Part shown: piece by piece, positions 20,890 to 31,368 of the stretch
Position numbering within the stretch: the stretch's first letter is position 1
Layout of the letters: each line of letters starts with the position of its first letter
Source: Chlamydiales bacterium
GTDB lineage: Bacteria; Chlamydiota; Chlamydiia; Chlamydiales; JAAZZY01
Direction of reading: 5' to 3'
DNA length: 64,000 bases
NCBI GenBank assembly: GCA_965206695.1
Contig: CBDBKM010000007.1
Location: 1-64,000 of the forward strand
The notes under the pieces: model-generated
Told to the model about the DNA's origin: nothing
The model's input: only the letters and a program-made list of their open reading frames with translations
Database searches by the model: none
Made by a program: the position numbers and the translations under genes

Positions 20890-21165
20890 ATGAATAAGTA
20901 TATCGATTCTGGTTTTGATGACTTTCTTGAAGAAGAGGGATTATTAGAAGAAAGTGAATCTATCGCAGCAAAAAGAGTATTTGTATATCAGTTGGAGAAA
21001 GAATTAAAAAAGCAAAATTTATCTAAAACAGATTTTGCGTATATGATGGGTACCAGTAGATCAGCAGTGAATAGAATTTTAGATCCTAACAAACCTTCTA
21101 ATTTGAAATCTCTAGCTGTGGCTGCCAGGACTGTTGAAAAGCATTTAACTATCAAGCTTGTTTAA
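20890..21165 (+). CDS. XRE-family HTH antitoxin
   Basis: FDDFLEEEG...SKTDFAYMMGTSRSAVNRILDP; directly after the toxin. Confidence 0.85.
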   Translation: MNKYIDSGFDDFLEEEGLLEESESIAAKRVFVYQLEKELKKQNLSKTDFAYMMGTSRSAVNRILDPNKPSNLKSLAVAARTVEKHLTIKLV

Positions 21166-21223
21166 TAGCGATCTTTCAGCATGTGGAATAGTTTGATATA
21201 TTGATAATTTTTGTAATTTTCTC

Positions 21224-21256
21224 CAATCAAAAGTTCTGAATGCGTCCAATCACCCC
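21224..21256. repeat. Direct repeat, copy 2
   Basis: Identical to 19493-19525. Confidence 0.9.
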
Positions 21257-21367
21257 CAAATCTCTCTTGTAAAAAGCACAAAAAATCACATTAAAAATAG
21301 CCTTCTAAAATTTGTCTAACAAGTGTGCATGGGGCACATATGCTGTATTAGTCCTTAGACCATACAT

Positions 21368-21485
21368 AAGACCTCTGCATAACTTATTGATTGAGTCGTC
21401 GATTTGTCAAAATATATTTATAATGCCTTTAACTTACACCGGAAGGTGCGATTGTGATTAAAAATGTAAGTTATGCAGAGGTCTT
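21368..21485. mobile_element. MITE with AAGACCTCTGCATAACTTA terminal inverted repeats
   Basis: Perfect TIR pair, no ORF; same end at 16574 and 59681/59849. Confidence 0.85.
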
Positions 21486-21770
21486 TATTTAACTCTCCAT
21501 TAAACTTCAATTGAACTCCGGGATATTCAATTATTAAATTGTGAACTTTTATCCGTAACAGTTCATAAAGGGCTTCATGAACGCTTATTTCGCAAAATTA
21601 ACCGGCAATTAGAAAAGCATGGGATTAAAGTTAAAGAAGCTGAAGGGGTTCTTCTTGATGCAACCATAGTCACTCCAGCAGCACGCCCGAAAAGAACGGT
21701 CGAACCTGATCATACCGTTAAGCAATCGGCGGATCCGGATGCCTCTTGGGTTAAAAAAGGGAAACAAAGC

Positions 21771-22868
21771 TATACCCCTTATGAATCAAAGTGCCGATTC
21801 TAAGACTTGAAAATGATCATTGATTCGTGTCCTCATTGATTGAGCAATAGAGGGCCAAGTATTTTCAAAAAATCCGGTAATCGATCTCCGAAATTCTTTA
21901 GCAGAATTAAAAAACCGATTATTGCGACAATATTCATTCATCACTTTCCATAATCGTTCAATGGGATTGAGGTTAGGACTGTAAGAAGGTAAATAATAGA
22001 GAATAATACCTTGTTTTTCTGCTTCTTGTTTGGTCTGAATACTTGTATTATAAGGGCCTTGATCTAAAATAAGATGGATATTTGGAGCTGAGGGGTATTT
22101 TGACCGTAGCAAAGCAAAATGCTTTGCCATGGTACCGCTATTTAATGTTTCATAAGCATCTATTGTTACCTTCATACTGTTTAAATTGATAGACCCCATA
22201 AGATTCATTCGAGTACGAGAAGCTGTTGTTGCAATCAATTTATCTGTTCCCGGTCGAATCCAACCATAAAAAATTTTAGTTGCCATAGTTGGATGTACAC
22301 CATCAGCAAATTCAACAGGCTCATTTTTAGGCAGAGATGCCATAAGCTTGGCGTAAAATTGCATCCAAGCTTTTTGTTGATCAGAATTTGCCTTAGCCGG
22401 TGTACCTTTAGGCTTTTTATAGGAAAAACCATGTGAGTGTAGCCAAGAAGTCATCCCTGAAATCGTATAAACAATGCCATATTTCGCGAGAACATAAGAA
22501 CAGATATCTTCTACTTTGACATAGGTATGAGTTGTTAAATGTTTAATGAATTCTTCTGACTGTGGCGCAAGAAGTTTACTGACTGAACCACCGCTTTCTA
22601 CATGCAATTGCTGTTTATTTTGATATTCTTTAATGTGACGAGACACTGTTTCATCGTCTAAAAGCACAGCTTCAGCAATACGAGTATTACTCCAACCTTT
22701 ATTCGACAATAGAACAGCCTTGATACGATCTCGTATACGACCATTCTTTTCTCGTTTATGTTGCTGTCTGAGATGCTTTTCTTCTGATAGTGTTAAAAAT
22801 GAATTCATACAAAATAATTTACACTATACGAATACAAAATATCCGGAGGTTTATTCGTGATGAGTATA
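21771..22868 (-). mobile_element. IS630 type B, second copy (transposase 21786-22808)
   Basis: Near-identical to 4118-5215; TA duplication. Confidence 0.95.
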
Positions 22869-22924
22869 TTTCGGTTATTTAAGGGTTATTTTGTTTCCGA
22901 TAACCAAGAAGGTTTTATTCATCA

Positions 22925-24028
22925 TATACTCTTCGCTACTGATAAGGTACACAAAAAAGTATAAATATGATATTAGTTTTGCATGAACCGATTAACTCCC
23001 AATCAAAGAAGCACTTTTGAATTTCAGGTAAAAAAGACCCGTGATATAAATGAACGTAATCGTTTGTGTGTGCTTCTTGCACGAGATGACGGTCCGGGGC
23101 CTGATCACATTGCTCATGTTCTGCGCTTAAGCCGCTCGAGTGTTTATGGGTATTTGAGAGAATTTCAATCAAAAGGAAAAACTCAGCCTGATCCCAAGGG
23201 AGGATCAGCCGGTAAATTATCCGAACTGCAAACGAAAGAACTAGTGGACCATCTTTCTCAATACACTTAGTAGAAGGGTTAAGGATGTATGTGCGGATGT
23301 CTTAGAACAATATAACATTTCCTACAGCACAGGAGGGATGACCTCTTGGCTAAAGCATCATCATTTTGTTTTCAAAAGCCCTGTTAATGTCCCCGGTAGG
23401 CTTGACTTAGAGAAACAGGCACAATTTATTAAAGAACAGGAAGCATTAAAAGCAGGCCTTCAAAATAGTGAAGAGATCTATTTTTTTGATGCAGTACACC
23501 CTGATTATCAATCCCAATCCGTATGTGGATGGATACCCAAAAGGGGTTAAGAAAACGCTTAAGACCACAAATAAGCAAACCGGAATGCCTATTATTGGAG
23601 CTTTACGACTTGAGGATATGATAATCAGGTCAAAAGAATACTCCACGATTGGAGGAAGTGAGGTCATTGACTTCTTAAAAGGATGAAAGAAGCATTCCCG
23701 GGCTTCAAAAATATATGTTATTTTAGATAACGGAAGAGCCGATAAAAACAAACTGATTCAAGAATATTTAACGACTTCACGTATAGAGCTTCTCTATTTA
23801 CCCCCATATTCTCCAAATTTAAATGCAATAGAAAGGCTTTGGAAAGTGATGAAAGAGACGGTTACTTATAATAAATTTTACGATACATTTACTGAGTTTG
23901 AATTAGAGGTAAGAAAGTTTTTTAAAGACAAAATTCCGATTTTCAGAGACAAGCTTAAGACACGAATTAATGATACATTTCAAGTGCCGGAACTCAATCC
24001 TGTCCGGCTTCCAATGTGAATGAGTATA
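22925..24028 (+). mobile_element. IS630 type C, full length, transposase pseudogene
   Basis: MNRLTPNQ.., FFDAVHP, ILDNG, LPPYSPNLNAIERLW with stops/frameshifts; TA-flanked. Confidence 0.9.
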
Positions 24029-24488
24029 TACACGTCAGACCGGCGAATGAATCTGAGATGACCCAATTGCCACAGATCATAGGTTATACTCACGGTAAAC
24101 GATAAGGGTTTCTCATCATCAGATAACCGCTCTCATTTAAGCAATCACGGTATTCGAGACGGTCTTTCTCATCAAGCGGTTAGGGGTCATCCTTTCAAAT
24201 GGAGTCAACGTCTATTTAATAAAATGATTGCGAGAAGACGATTTCGTATAGAGCAAGCTTTCGGTACTTTAAAAAGACAATTTTGAATGGGTAGAGCTTT
24301 TTATTTTTTTCGACTAAAAGTCGAAGGACAGCTTTATATGAAAGCTTTGTGCTTTAATTTGAACAAGGCTTTAAGAAGGATTGTGATGAACTAGAGGGAG
24401 GACGCACTAGTATCTATCAAATATTTTAAAGCGCCTTTTTCTTATTTTTCAACGCTTCGTTTAATATTCTTATCACTCACTTTGCTTG

Positions 24489-25188
24489 TATAGTGAATTA
24501 AATTTTATTTTTCATAAACATCCATTAGTTAGAAAAGAAAAATCAATTGCTTGGGCTAAATTTATAAATCGTTCCATATTTTTTTGAACCTGTTTTTTAA
24601 AATTAGCCCAAAAAATTTCTATTGGGTTTAAATCCGGTGAATAGGGAGGAAGAAATAGAATGTGACAACCTGCTTGTTCTATAAGTTGTTGTGAATATTT
24701 AGATTTATGAAAAGTTGCATTATCCATAATAACAACTTGACCGGGTTTAAGTGCCGGAATAAGAAAATCTTTCAACCATAGATTAAATAACTTAGTATCA
24801 CATGTGCCCGTATAGCAAAAAGGAGCTAAGATTCGGGATTGATTCTTTGCTGCGATACAACTTTCACGTGCATATCGCATTCCCGAAACGGCTCCGTATA
24901 CTTGATTCCCTGCCTGACATCGAACATGTTCTCTTCTTAAATATTTATTAATCCCGCTCTCACCTACATAAACACGATTTTTCATGGGAATATTTTTTAG
25001 TGTTTCTTGAAACTCTTGTCGTTTTTTTTCATCTCTTTCTTTGTAGAACGGGATCTTTTTTTTAAGGTTAGTTTCAAACGTTTACAGGCATAAAAAACAC
25101 CCGATTCTTGAGCAACTTCTTTAAGATAGGCATCCGGATATTTTACATGAATATGAATAAAATGAAAAATAAAATTTAATTCACTATA
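24489..25188 (-). mobile_element. IS630 two-ORF type element with orfA deletion
   Basis: Perfect TIR TATAGTGAATTAAATTTTATTTTTCAT; ORF 24512-24985 with MDNATFH, LPPYSPDLNPIE; first catalytic Asp changed (VGESG). Confidence 0.9.
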
Positions 25189-25404
25189 TATCGCTTATCT
25201 CACATCCAATCATTAGTCGTGCAGAAATTTTATAACAGATATTACGAAAAATTTAATGATTTTAAGGATCAAATGTTAGGTTTTTTGTGGAAACTTGCAA
25301 ATCCGATCAGTAGCTATTTTGATCTCTTAAAAAGGCGAATAACAGATGATTTTAGAATGATTAATCCAACTCAATTTGTCAATTATTCAATTTAAATCAG
25401 TATA
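25189..25404 (+). mobile_element. 3' remnant of another IS630 element
   Basis: NRYYEKFNDFKDQMLGFL...RITDDFRMINP; ends AGTATA. Confidence 0.6.
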
Positions 25405-25406
25405 GA

Positions 25407-26819
25407 TCATGGGGTAATATATTCTTTTTCGATAGAGGTTTTGTGGCTCCATGCTTTTCGTAAGGCTTTAGTTGGATAGTAAAACTCCGGGGCCAGCTCA
25501 AAACGGCTAGTAGGTTTGAGGCCTTTGTTTATGTTTTTTAAAACTTCTCGGTCTTTTTCATATAAAGCAGCTTGAACACTTTTAGGGCTATTTAATCCTA
25601 CTTTGTTTTTCAGAGGAGCAAAACATGATTTTTTTGGATACAGTAGCACTCTTACTTTTGAAGTATGATGTAAAAGATCGAAGATAAATCTTTCGAATTT
25701 GTAGGCATTGGGCTGCACAGGCCTAATGGATTGTTTCGAAGGGTTTAAAAAAAGAGCTTTTTTATTCGCCACATGAAGGGGTAATGATGTAAGCGCTATC
25801 TTTTCTATAAAGGTCATATCAAAACAAAACAAACTAGTATTGGCCAGATTGAATTTAGGTTTGTTATTTTCGGTCGCGTTAAAATCTTCTTCACGGATTT
25901 CTGTATATTCAATAATACGTAGTTGGTTGTTGTCAGATACGATAAGACCTAAACTTTCATTTATATCTTTTCTTTCAATAGCCTTAAGAATCATATCGCT
26001 ATTGGTCATAGAACAGTGGGCGATCAATTCATTATCCAAAGGGTCGGCTAAGGGATTATCTATTAAAGTGAAGGTGACATAACGAATGCCCTTATTCATC
26101 CATTTCCGGAAAATGTTACTTGTATAAAAGCTTTTTAAAGCGCTTCCATTACCATCAGGGCCTTGTGCAATGGAATAGGGTCTTTCTAAAAAAGGGTTTC
26201 CTTGGCTATTTAAAAGAGGAAGTGTGGGCTGCAAGAAAAAGGAAATCTGTTTGCGAGTGAAATTAAAAAAGTCGTTATCTTCAAAAAAACGAATGGTTTG
26301 ATGGTGATTCAAAGGAGAGGTCATAATAGCTAGAGGGATGTTTTGTTTAAAGCAGTTACCGGCAGCTTTTATTTTCTCTATGAATATTTGAAAAAGGCTT
26401 TTATTTTTTATAGGAGAGATAGGAAAACAGCCTTTAGGCCCATTAAAACCTAAGCGACTTCCTTGGCCGCCGGCTATTAATAAACATCCGACAAGGCCCT
26501 TTTCAAGTATTTGATTACCTATTTCCTGTCTTTTGTCACATCCTGAAATATCATAATCCTGATAAGGGGAGACCGGCTTTTTTAATTTTATGAAATTATT
26601 TAAAATTTGTTTTTGGTTATCAACAAAGTCGATATTCAAATGTTCAATTTGATTTAAAAGGATTGATTTTTCCAAAGGAGAAAGTTCTTCAAAATAGTCT
26701 AGGAGGCGGTTTTCTCCAATGGCATCTAATTTTGTTAAGGCTTCTAAATAAGAGTATGTTGTTGGACGATATTGTGACATGCTTATATTATGGTAGCTTG
26801 TAAATTTCATTAAGGACAA
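25407..26819 (-). CDS. UDP-N-acetylglucosamine/UDP-hexose pyrophosphorylase (UDPGP family)
   Basis: LIAGGQGSRLGFNGPKG, PDGNG, IDNPL, IEYTE, KFERFIFD, FAPLKN. Confidence 0.9.
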   Translation of the reverse strand: MSLMKFTSYHNISMSQYRPTTYSYLEALTKLDAIGENRLLDYFEELSPLEKSILLNQIEHLNIDFVDNQKQILNNFIKLKKPVSPYQDYDISGCDKRQEIGNQILEKGLVGCLLIAGGQGSRLGFNGPKGCFPISPIKNKSLFQIFIEKIKAAGNCFKQNIPLAIMTSPLNHHQTIRFFEDNDFFNFTRKQISFFLQPTLPLLNSQGNPFLERPYSIAQGPDGNGSALKSFYTSNIFRKWMNKGIRYVTFTLIDNPLADPLDNELIAHCSMTNSDMILKAIERKDINESLGLIVSDNNQLRIIEYTEIREEDFNATENNKPKFNLANTSLFCFDMTFIEKIALTSLPLHVANKKALFLNPSKQSIRPVQPNAYKFERFIFDLLHHTSKVRVLLYPKKSCFAPLKNKVGLNSPKSVQAALYEKDREVLKNINKGLKPTSRFELAPEFYYPTKALRKAWSHKTSIEKEYITP

Positions 26820-27029
26820 AAAAAATAAACTTGGTTTATAATGTCTTCCTTAAAACAGAAAAATAATATTTTATTATAAATAATTATTTTATATTATTAA
26901 AGCGTTTTTTGTCTAATACTATAGAGAGTAATACTATTAATAAGCTTTTTAAAATATAATACACTTTATATTTTAAAGCTTTTTTTTCAGTGAAATAACT
27001 AAAATTTAACCGAGTATACGTTTATACCC

Positions 27030-28175
27030 ATGCATATTGTTTATCCCTACAATGAGATCTTACCTAAGAAGACGGCGCATGATATTTATGTGATGAATAA
27101 ATGTTTATCTTTAGCTCAATCCGGGTGTGAAGTGGAATTAATATGTGGTAAAGGAAGTTTAGATCAAGAAGAGCTGCTTAGTCATTATCATGCTAATGCC
27201 TTGCATGGATTAAAAATTATCAGGTTGCCTATTGTCAGAAATAATAATCCGATAGGGCTTACTTGGAATCGGGTTTTCTTTTTTTTCTGCCAACAGAAAA
27301 TAAAGAAAACTCCTCCTGATATTTTGATTACAAGTGTGATTAAGCAGGCAGACTATCATTTTAGTCGAAAAAATAAAACAACAACCTATGTTTATGAAGT
27401 ACATGGATTGACTTGGTATCCAAATACGCCTGTAGGAAGCTGCCGAAAGGCTTTTATACGTGAACGAGCCGTATTAGAAAAAGCAGATTTAATCACAGTG
27501 ACGACCGAAGCTTTAAGGCAAGTCTTAGTATCACCCCCATATTCGTTGAAAAATCATATTGAAATTGTGCCTTTAGGTGTGAATACGCGAACTTTACCTC
27601 CAAGCCCTAGTATCAAGACATCTAAGGAACCTTTGGTTTTAATGTATGTAGGTCAATTATATAAAAATCAGGGTATTGGTCCTTTGTTAAATGCTTTGGT
27701 TCAGACAAAGGGGATACATTTAAGAGTGCTTGGAGGCAAGGGAAGTGAAATTGAAGAATTCAAAAAGCAATGTGAGCAATTAGGTATTAGTAAACGTGTT
27801 GTTTTTTATGGTTTTTATCCTCCTTCTCATTTGGCCTCTTTAGTTCAAGAAGCAGATGCTTTTGTAACGACTTTTGATGCTGTTGGAGGTATGCCTTATG
27901 TAGCTCATACGAAGTTGTTAGAATATGCAGCTTGGGCTAGGCCAATAGTTGCTCCTAATCTTCCTGTTGTTCGAGAACATTTAGGGCCCGGAAAAGGAGC
28001 ATTACTTTTTAAACCGGGGTGTTCACATTCTTTAGTACAATGTTTAAACCAGTTAAAAAATAAAGAAAAACTCGACCGGTTGCAGAATGAGATTACTCAG
28101 TTATCCCCTCTTTTTAGCTGGCAGAAGCGTGCTATTCATTATAAACAAATTTTGCAAAATTTTAGCGCGGGATAA
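27030..28175 (+). CDS. Glycosyltransferase family 4
   Basis: YEVHG, YVGQL, KLLEYAA..PIV. Confidence 0.8.
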   Translation: MHIVYPYNEILPKKTAHDIYVMNKCLSLAQSGCEVELICGKGSLDQEELLSHYHANALHGLKIIRLPIVRNNNPIGLTWNRVFFFFCQQKIKKTPPDILITSVIKQADYHFSRKNKTTTYVYEVHGLTWYPNTPVGSCRKAFIRERAVLEKADLITVTTEALRQVLVSPPYSLKNHIEIVPLGVNTRTLPPSPSIKTSKEPLVLMYVGQLYKNQGIGPLLNALVQTKGIHLRVLGGKGSEIEEFKKQCEQLGISKRVVFYGFYPPSHLASLVQEADAFVTTFDAVGGMPYVAHTKLLEYAAWARPIVAPNLPVVREHLGPGKGALLFKPGCSHSLVQCLNQLKNKEKLDRLQNEITQLSPLFSWQKRAIHYKQILQNFSAG

Positions 28176-28192
28176 ATTAAGGATAAAAAATT

Positions 28193-29191
28193 ATGAAAAT
28201 AGGTTATCTCGGAGCCGGTAGTTGGGGCTTTTGTTTAGCGAGTTTATTATGTCAAAATGGTCATGCACTCGTTGTTTGGTCTAGGAACCCGGAGTTTGTG
28301 AACCAATTGAATAAGTCTAAAGAGCACCCAAATCTTTTAGGACATCGGATAGAAGGTAATATCCGTTTTACAACGGATATGAAAGAAGCATTACAAGATG
28401 CTGAGTTTTTAGTAGAAAGTGTGACCTCATCCGGTATCAGAGAAGTTTTCAAGCAAGTGAAAGCAATAGGAGTTCCTAATGGGCCTATCGTATTAACTTC
28501 AAAAGGAATAGAACAAAAAACAGGCTTGTTATTATCAGATGTTGTGATCGAAGAGTTAGGAGCAGATCATTGTTTAAAATTGGGATATTTAAGTGGCCCA
28601 AGTCATGCTGAAGAGGCAATTAAAGGTCTGCCTACTTCTGTTGTTTGCTCATCCTTTGATTTAGAAACTGCTTATGCTATTCAACAGGCTTTTACGAATG
28701 CTACCTTTAGAGTCTACCCTAATGCAGATATAAAAGGGGTTGAGTTCGGAGGCGCCATGAAGAATATCATTGCGATTGCTTGCGGTATTAGTGATGGTTT
28801 AGGATATGGAGATAATTCTAAAGCTGCCTTGATGACACGAGGCTTGCATGAGATTCGAAAGCTTGCTATAGAAAAGGGCTGCAAGCAAGAGACAATTAAC
28901 GGCTTAGCGGGTATGGGAGATCTTTGTGTCACGTGCTTTTCTACCTTTAGTCGTAATTATCGTTTCGGGCGTCTTCTTGCCGAAGATTATTCTCCTGATG
29001 AAGCGAAACAAAAGATAGGTATGGTAGTAGAAGGAGCTTATTCTTGTGTTTCTTGTGTGCAATTAGGGAAAGAGTGTGGGGTACCCGTCCCTATTACGGA
29101 ATGTGTTTATCGGATTATTTATGAAGGTCTTAGACCAAAAGATGCTGTAAAAGCTTTATTGCAACGTGTGATCAAAGAGGAACATTTGTAA
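28193..29191 (+). CDS. gpsA: NAD(P)H-dependent glycerol-3-phosphate dehydrogenase
   Basis: GAGSWG, SKGIE, SGPSHA, GGAMKNIIAIACG, GMGDL, SRN. Confidence 0.97.
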   Translation: MKIGYLGAGSWGFCLASLLCQNGHALVVWSRNPEFVNQLNKSKEHPNLLGHRIEGNIRFTTDMKEALQDAEFLVESVTSSGIREVFKQVKAIGVPNGPIVLTSKGIEQKTGLLLSDVVIEELGADHCLKLGYLSGPSHAEEAIKGLPTSVVCSSFDLETAYAIQQAFTNATFRVYPNADIKGVEFGGAMKNIIAIACGISDGLGYGDNSKAALMTRGLHEIRKLAIEKGCKQETINGLAGMGDLCVTCFSTFSRNYRFGRLLAEDYSPDEAKQKIGMVVEGAYSCVSCVQLGKECGVPVPITECVYRIIYEGLRPKDAVKALLQRVIKEEHL

Positions 29192-29194
29192 GTT

Positions 29195-30700
29195 ATGAAG
29201 GTAATCAAGGCTCAAGAAATGGCTCGCATTGAGAAAAAAGCCATTGAAGAAGGGGCCGATGCTAAGGCTTTTATGGATATGGCCGGCAAAGGTGTGGCAG
29301 AAGCCGTTTTGACTTATTGCAAAGAGCAAAGTCTTCAAAAGCGAGTAACGATTATTGGAGGTAAGGGTAATAATGCCGGTGATGCTTATGTTGCGGGCAT
29401 GTTATTATTAAAACAGGGTTTCAAAGTATCCGCTTTTCAAATAGCTCCTTTTAATAAATGTAGTTCTTTATGTACTTTGCATGGTGAGCAGTTTATAAAA
29501 GATGGGGGCGTGGTCTTTTTCTTAAAAGATGCCAATGAGCTTGTTTTCCCTGAAGAGGGAATTATTTTAGACGGATTATTAGGGACCGGTTTTTCAGGAG
29601 AAGTTAAGGGAATCATATTAGATCTTATTCATCAGATCAATGCTCATTCTCTACCTGTCCTATCTATTGATATTCCTTCCGGATTGAATGGTAGTACAGG
29701 AGAAGTGGTACCTTTGGCAATAAAGGCCGCTCTTACGATTTATTTGGGTTTGCCAAAAACCGGTTTTTTTATTAACTCCGGTTGGAATTATGTAGGTAAA
29801 TTACATCATGTGTCTTTTGGATTAGCGTCTCAATATATTGACCGGGCTAAAGGAGATTTTTTTATTTTAACAAAGGCCATGATGACAAGCGATCTGCCTC
29901 CCATTTCTAACAGCAGGCATAAATATGAATCCGGTTATGTTGTAGGTTTAGCGGGATCAAAAGGGATGTCCGGAGCGGCTATTCTTTCAGGGTCTGCGGC
30001 TTTAAAAACAGGAGCAGGTATTGTTCGTCTGTTACATCCGGAAGGAATGGAGGCAGAATTTGCTGCTCACACTCCGGAGCTGATCAAACAACCTTATAAA
30101 AAAGGCGATGAACAGATCATTTTAGAAGCGATGAATAAAGCGAGCGCAGCCTACATTGGTCCCGGTATCGGACAGAGTAAGAGCACTAAAGAGATATTAC
30201 ATTATGTTTTGCCTCGTATTACAGTGCCTTGTGTTTTGGATGCAGATGCTTTAAATCTCATTGCTTTAATGGATCTTGCCATACCACAAAGAACGATACT
30301 AACCCCTCATTTAGGTGAATTATGTAGATTGATGCATCTTGAAAATAAGCCTACCAAAGACCTGTCTTTTTTTCAGCAATGTCAAAAATTCTGTGAAACC
30401 CTGCAATGCTGTTTAATTTTAAAAGGTGGCCCGAGTTTTATATTTTTCCCAAACAGTCCTATCTTAGTCAGCGTTAGGGGAGATGCCGGAATGGCTACCG
30501 CCGGTAGTGGAGATGTCTTAACCGGAATGATAGCTGCACTATTATCTCAAAAATTATCTTTAAGGGATGCAGCTGCCCTCGGTGTTTTTCTTCATGGGTT
30601 ATCAGGAGAAATCGCGGCAGAGAAGAGAACTTCATATAGTATGATTGCCAGCGATATTTTAGATAACATTTCCAATGGTTTCAAATTGTTGTTACCATAA
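29195..30700 (+). CDS. nnr: Bifunctional NAD(P)H-hydrate epimerase/dehydratase
   Basis: GKGNNAGD, DGLLGTG, DIPSG, DADAL, LTPH.GE, ATAGSGDVL. Confidence 0.93.
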   Translation: MKVIKAQEMARIEKKAIEEGADAKAFMDMAGKGVAEAVLTYCKEQSLQKRVTIIGGKGNNAGDAYVAGMLLLKQGFKVSAFQIAPFNKCSSLCTLHGEQFIKDGGVVFFLKDANELVFPEEGIILDGLLGTGFSGEVKGIILDLIHQINAHSLPVLSIDIPSGLNGSTGEVVPLAIKAALTIYLGLPKTGFFINSGWNYVGKLHHVSFGLASQYIDRAKGDFFILTKAMMTSDLPPISNSRHKYESGYVVGLAGSKGMSGAAILSGSAALKTGAGIVRLLHPEGMEAEFAAHTPELIKQPYKKGDEQIILEAMNKASAAYIGPGIGQSKSTKEILHYVLPRITVPCVLDADALNLIALMDLAIPQRTILTPHLGELCRLMHLENKPTKDLSFFQQCQKFCETLQCCLILKGGPSFIFFPNSPILVSVRGDAGMATAGSGDVLTGMIAALLSQKLSLRDAAALGVFLHGLSGEIAAEKRTSYSMIASDILDNISNGFKLLLP

Positions 30701-30774
30701 ATAATACTTAAGCTCATTGTTGACAGGATGGTTAAAGCCTATTATATAGAGATAAAACGAACGAGTGATCTTTC

Positions 30775-31368
30775 ATGGCGGAAAAAGATTTTTATTCTAT
30801 CAATCCCTGGTTAAATATTTGGGGACATCCGAAGCAAACCATGAGATATATTCTCGATCACTATCCGGGTCGATTGAATCATACATTAATTATTATTGGA
30901 GCATTTACTCATATAGCAGGAGCACCGGGCCTTGTATGGGATGCTTTTTTTGTTTCTTTATTTTCTCTGATCTTTATGTCGATTATTGCAGGGTTGATAG
31001 CTCTATATCTTCAGGGGGGATTGATTAGATGGACCGGAAATTGGATAGGAGGGGTGGCTAGTTGTAAACAGGTGATGTCAGCAGTGGCTTGGTCTCAAAT
31101 CCCTGCCATTTGCCTTTTCTTTATTCAGATGATCGTTTTACTTTTAGTCCAAGGCGATACATTAAATATATTTTATACAACGCTAAGATTAATATTCATT
31201 ATCGGGACGTTTATTATTTTTATTTGTTGTGTAGCCGAGGCGCAGAAATTCTCATTTTTAAAAGCGCTTTTTAACTTTGTTCTCTCTTTTATTTTCCTTA
31301 TTTTGATAATGGCAATTGTTACAATGATCATCAATTTTTTTATAATGAGCCCTATTTCGAGCTCTTAG
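30775..31368 (+). CDS. Yip1-family membrane protein
   Basis: NPWLNIWGHPKQT, multiple TM segments, AVAWSQIP, AEAQKFS. Confidence 0.75.
   Translation: MAEKDFYSINPWLNIWGHPKQTMRYILDHYPGRLNHTLIIIGAFTHIAGAPGLVWDAFFVSLFSLIFMSIIAGLIALYLQGGLIRWTGNWIGGVASCKQVMSAVAWSQIPAICLFFIQMIVLLLVQGDTLNIFYTTLRLIFIIGTFIIFICCVAEAQKFSFLKALFNFVLSFIFLILIMAIVTMIINFFIMSPISSS

Larger units (their letters stand above)
21560..24394 (+). pseudogene. IS5-family transposase remnant split by two IS630 insertions
   Basis: LLDATIV..DPDASWVKKGKQS|YFGY..EGFIHH|IHVRPANESE..DKGF..RFRIEQAFGTLKR; rejoins at duplicated TAs. Confidence 0.85.

Noticed and set aside
25407..26819. Eukaryote-type UDP-sugar pyrophosphorylase as a novel transfer
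   Set aside because: This family is a known chlamydial gene found near gpsA
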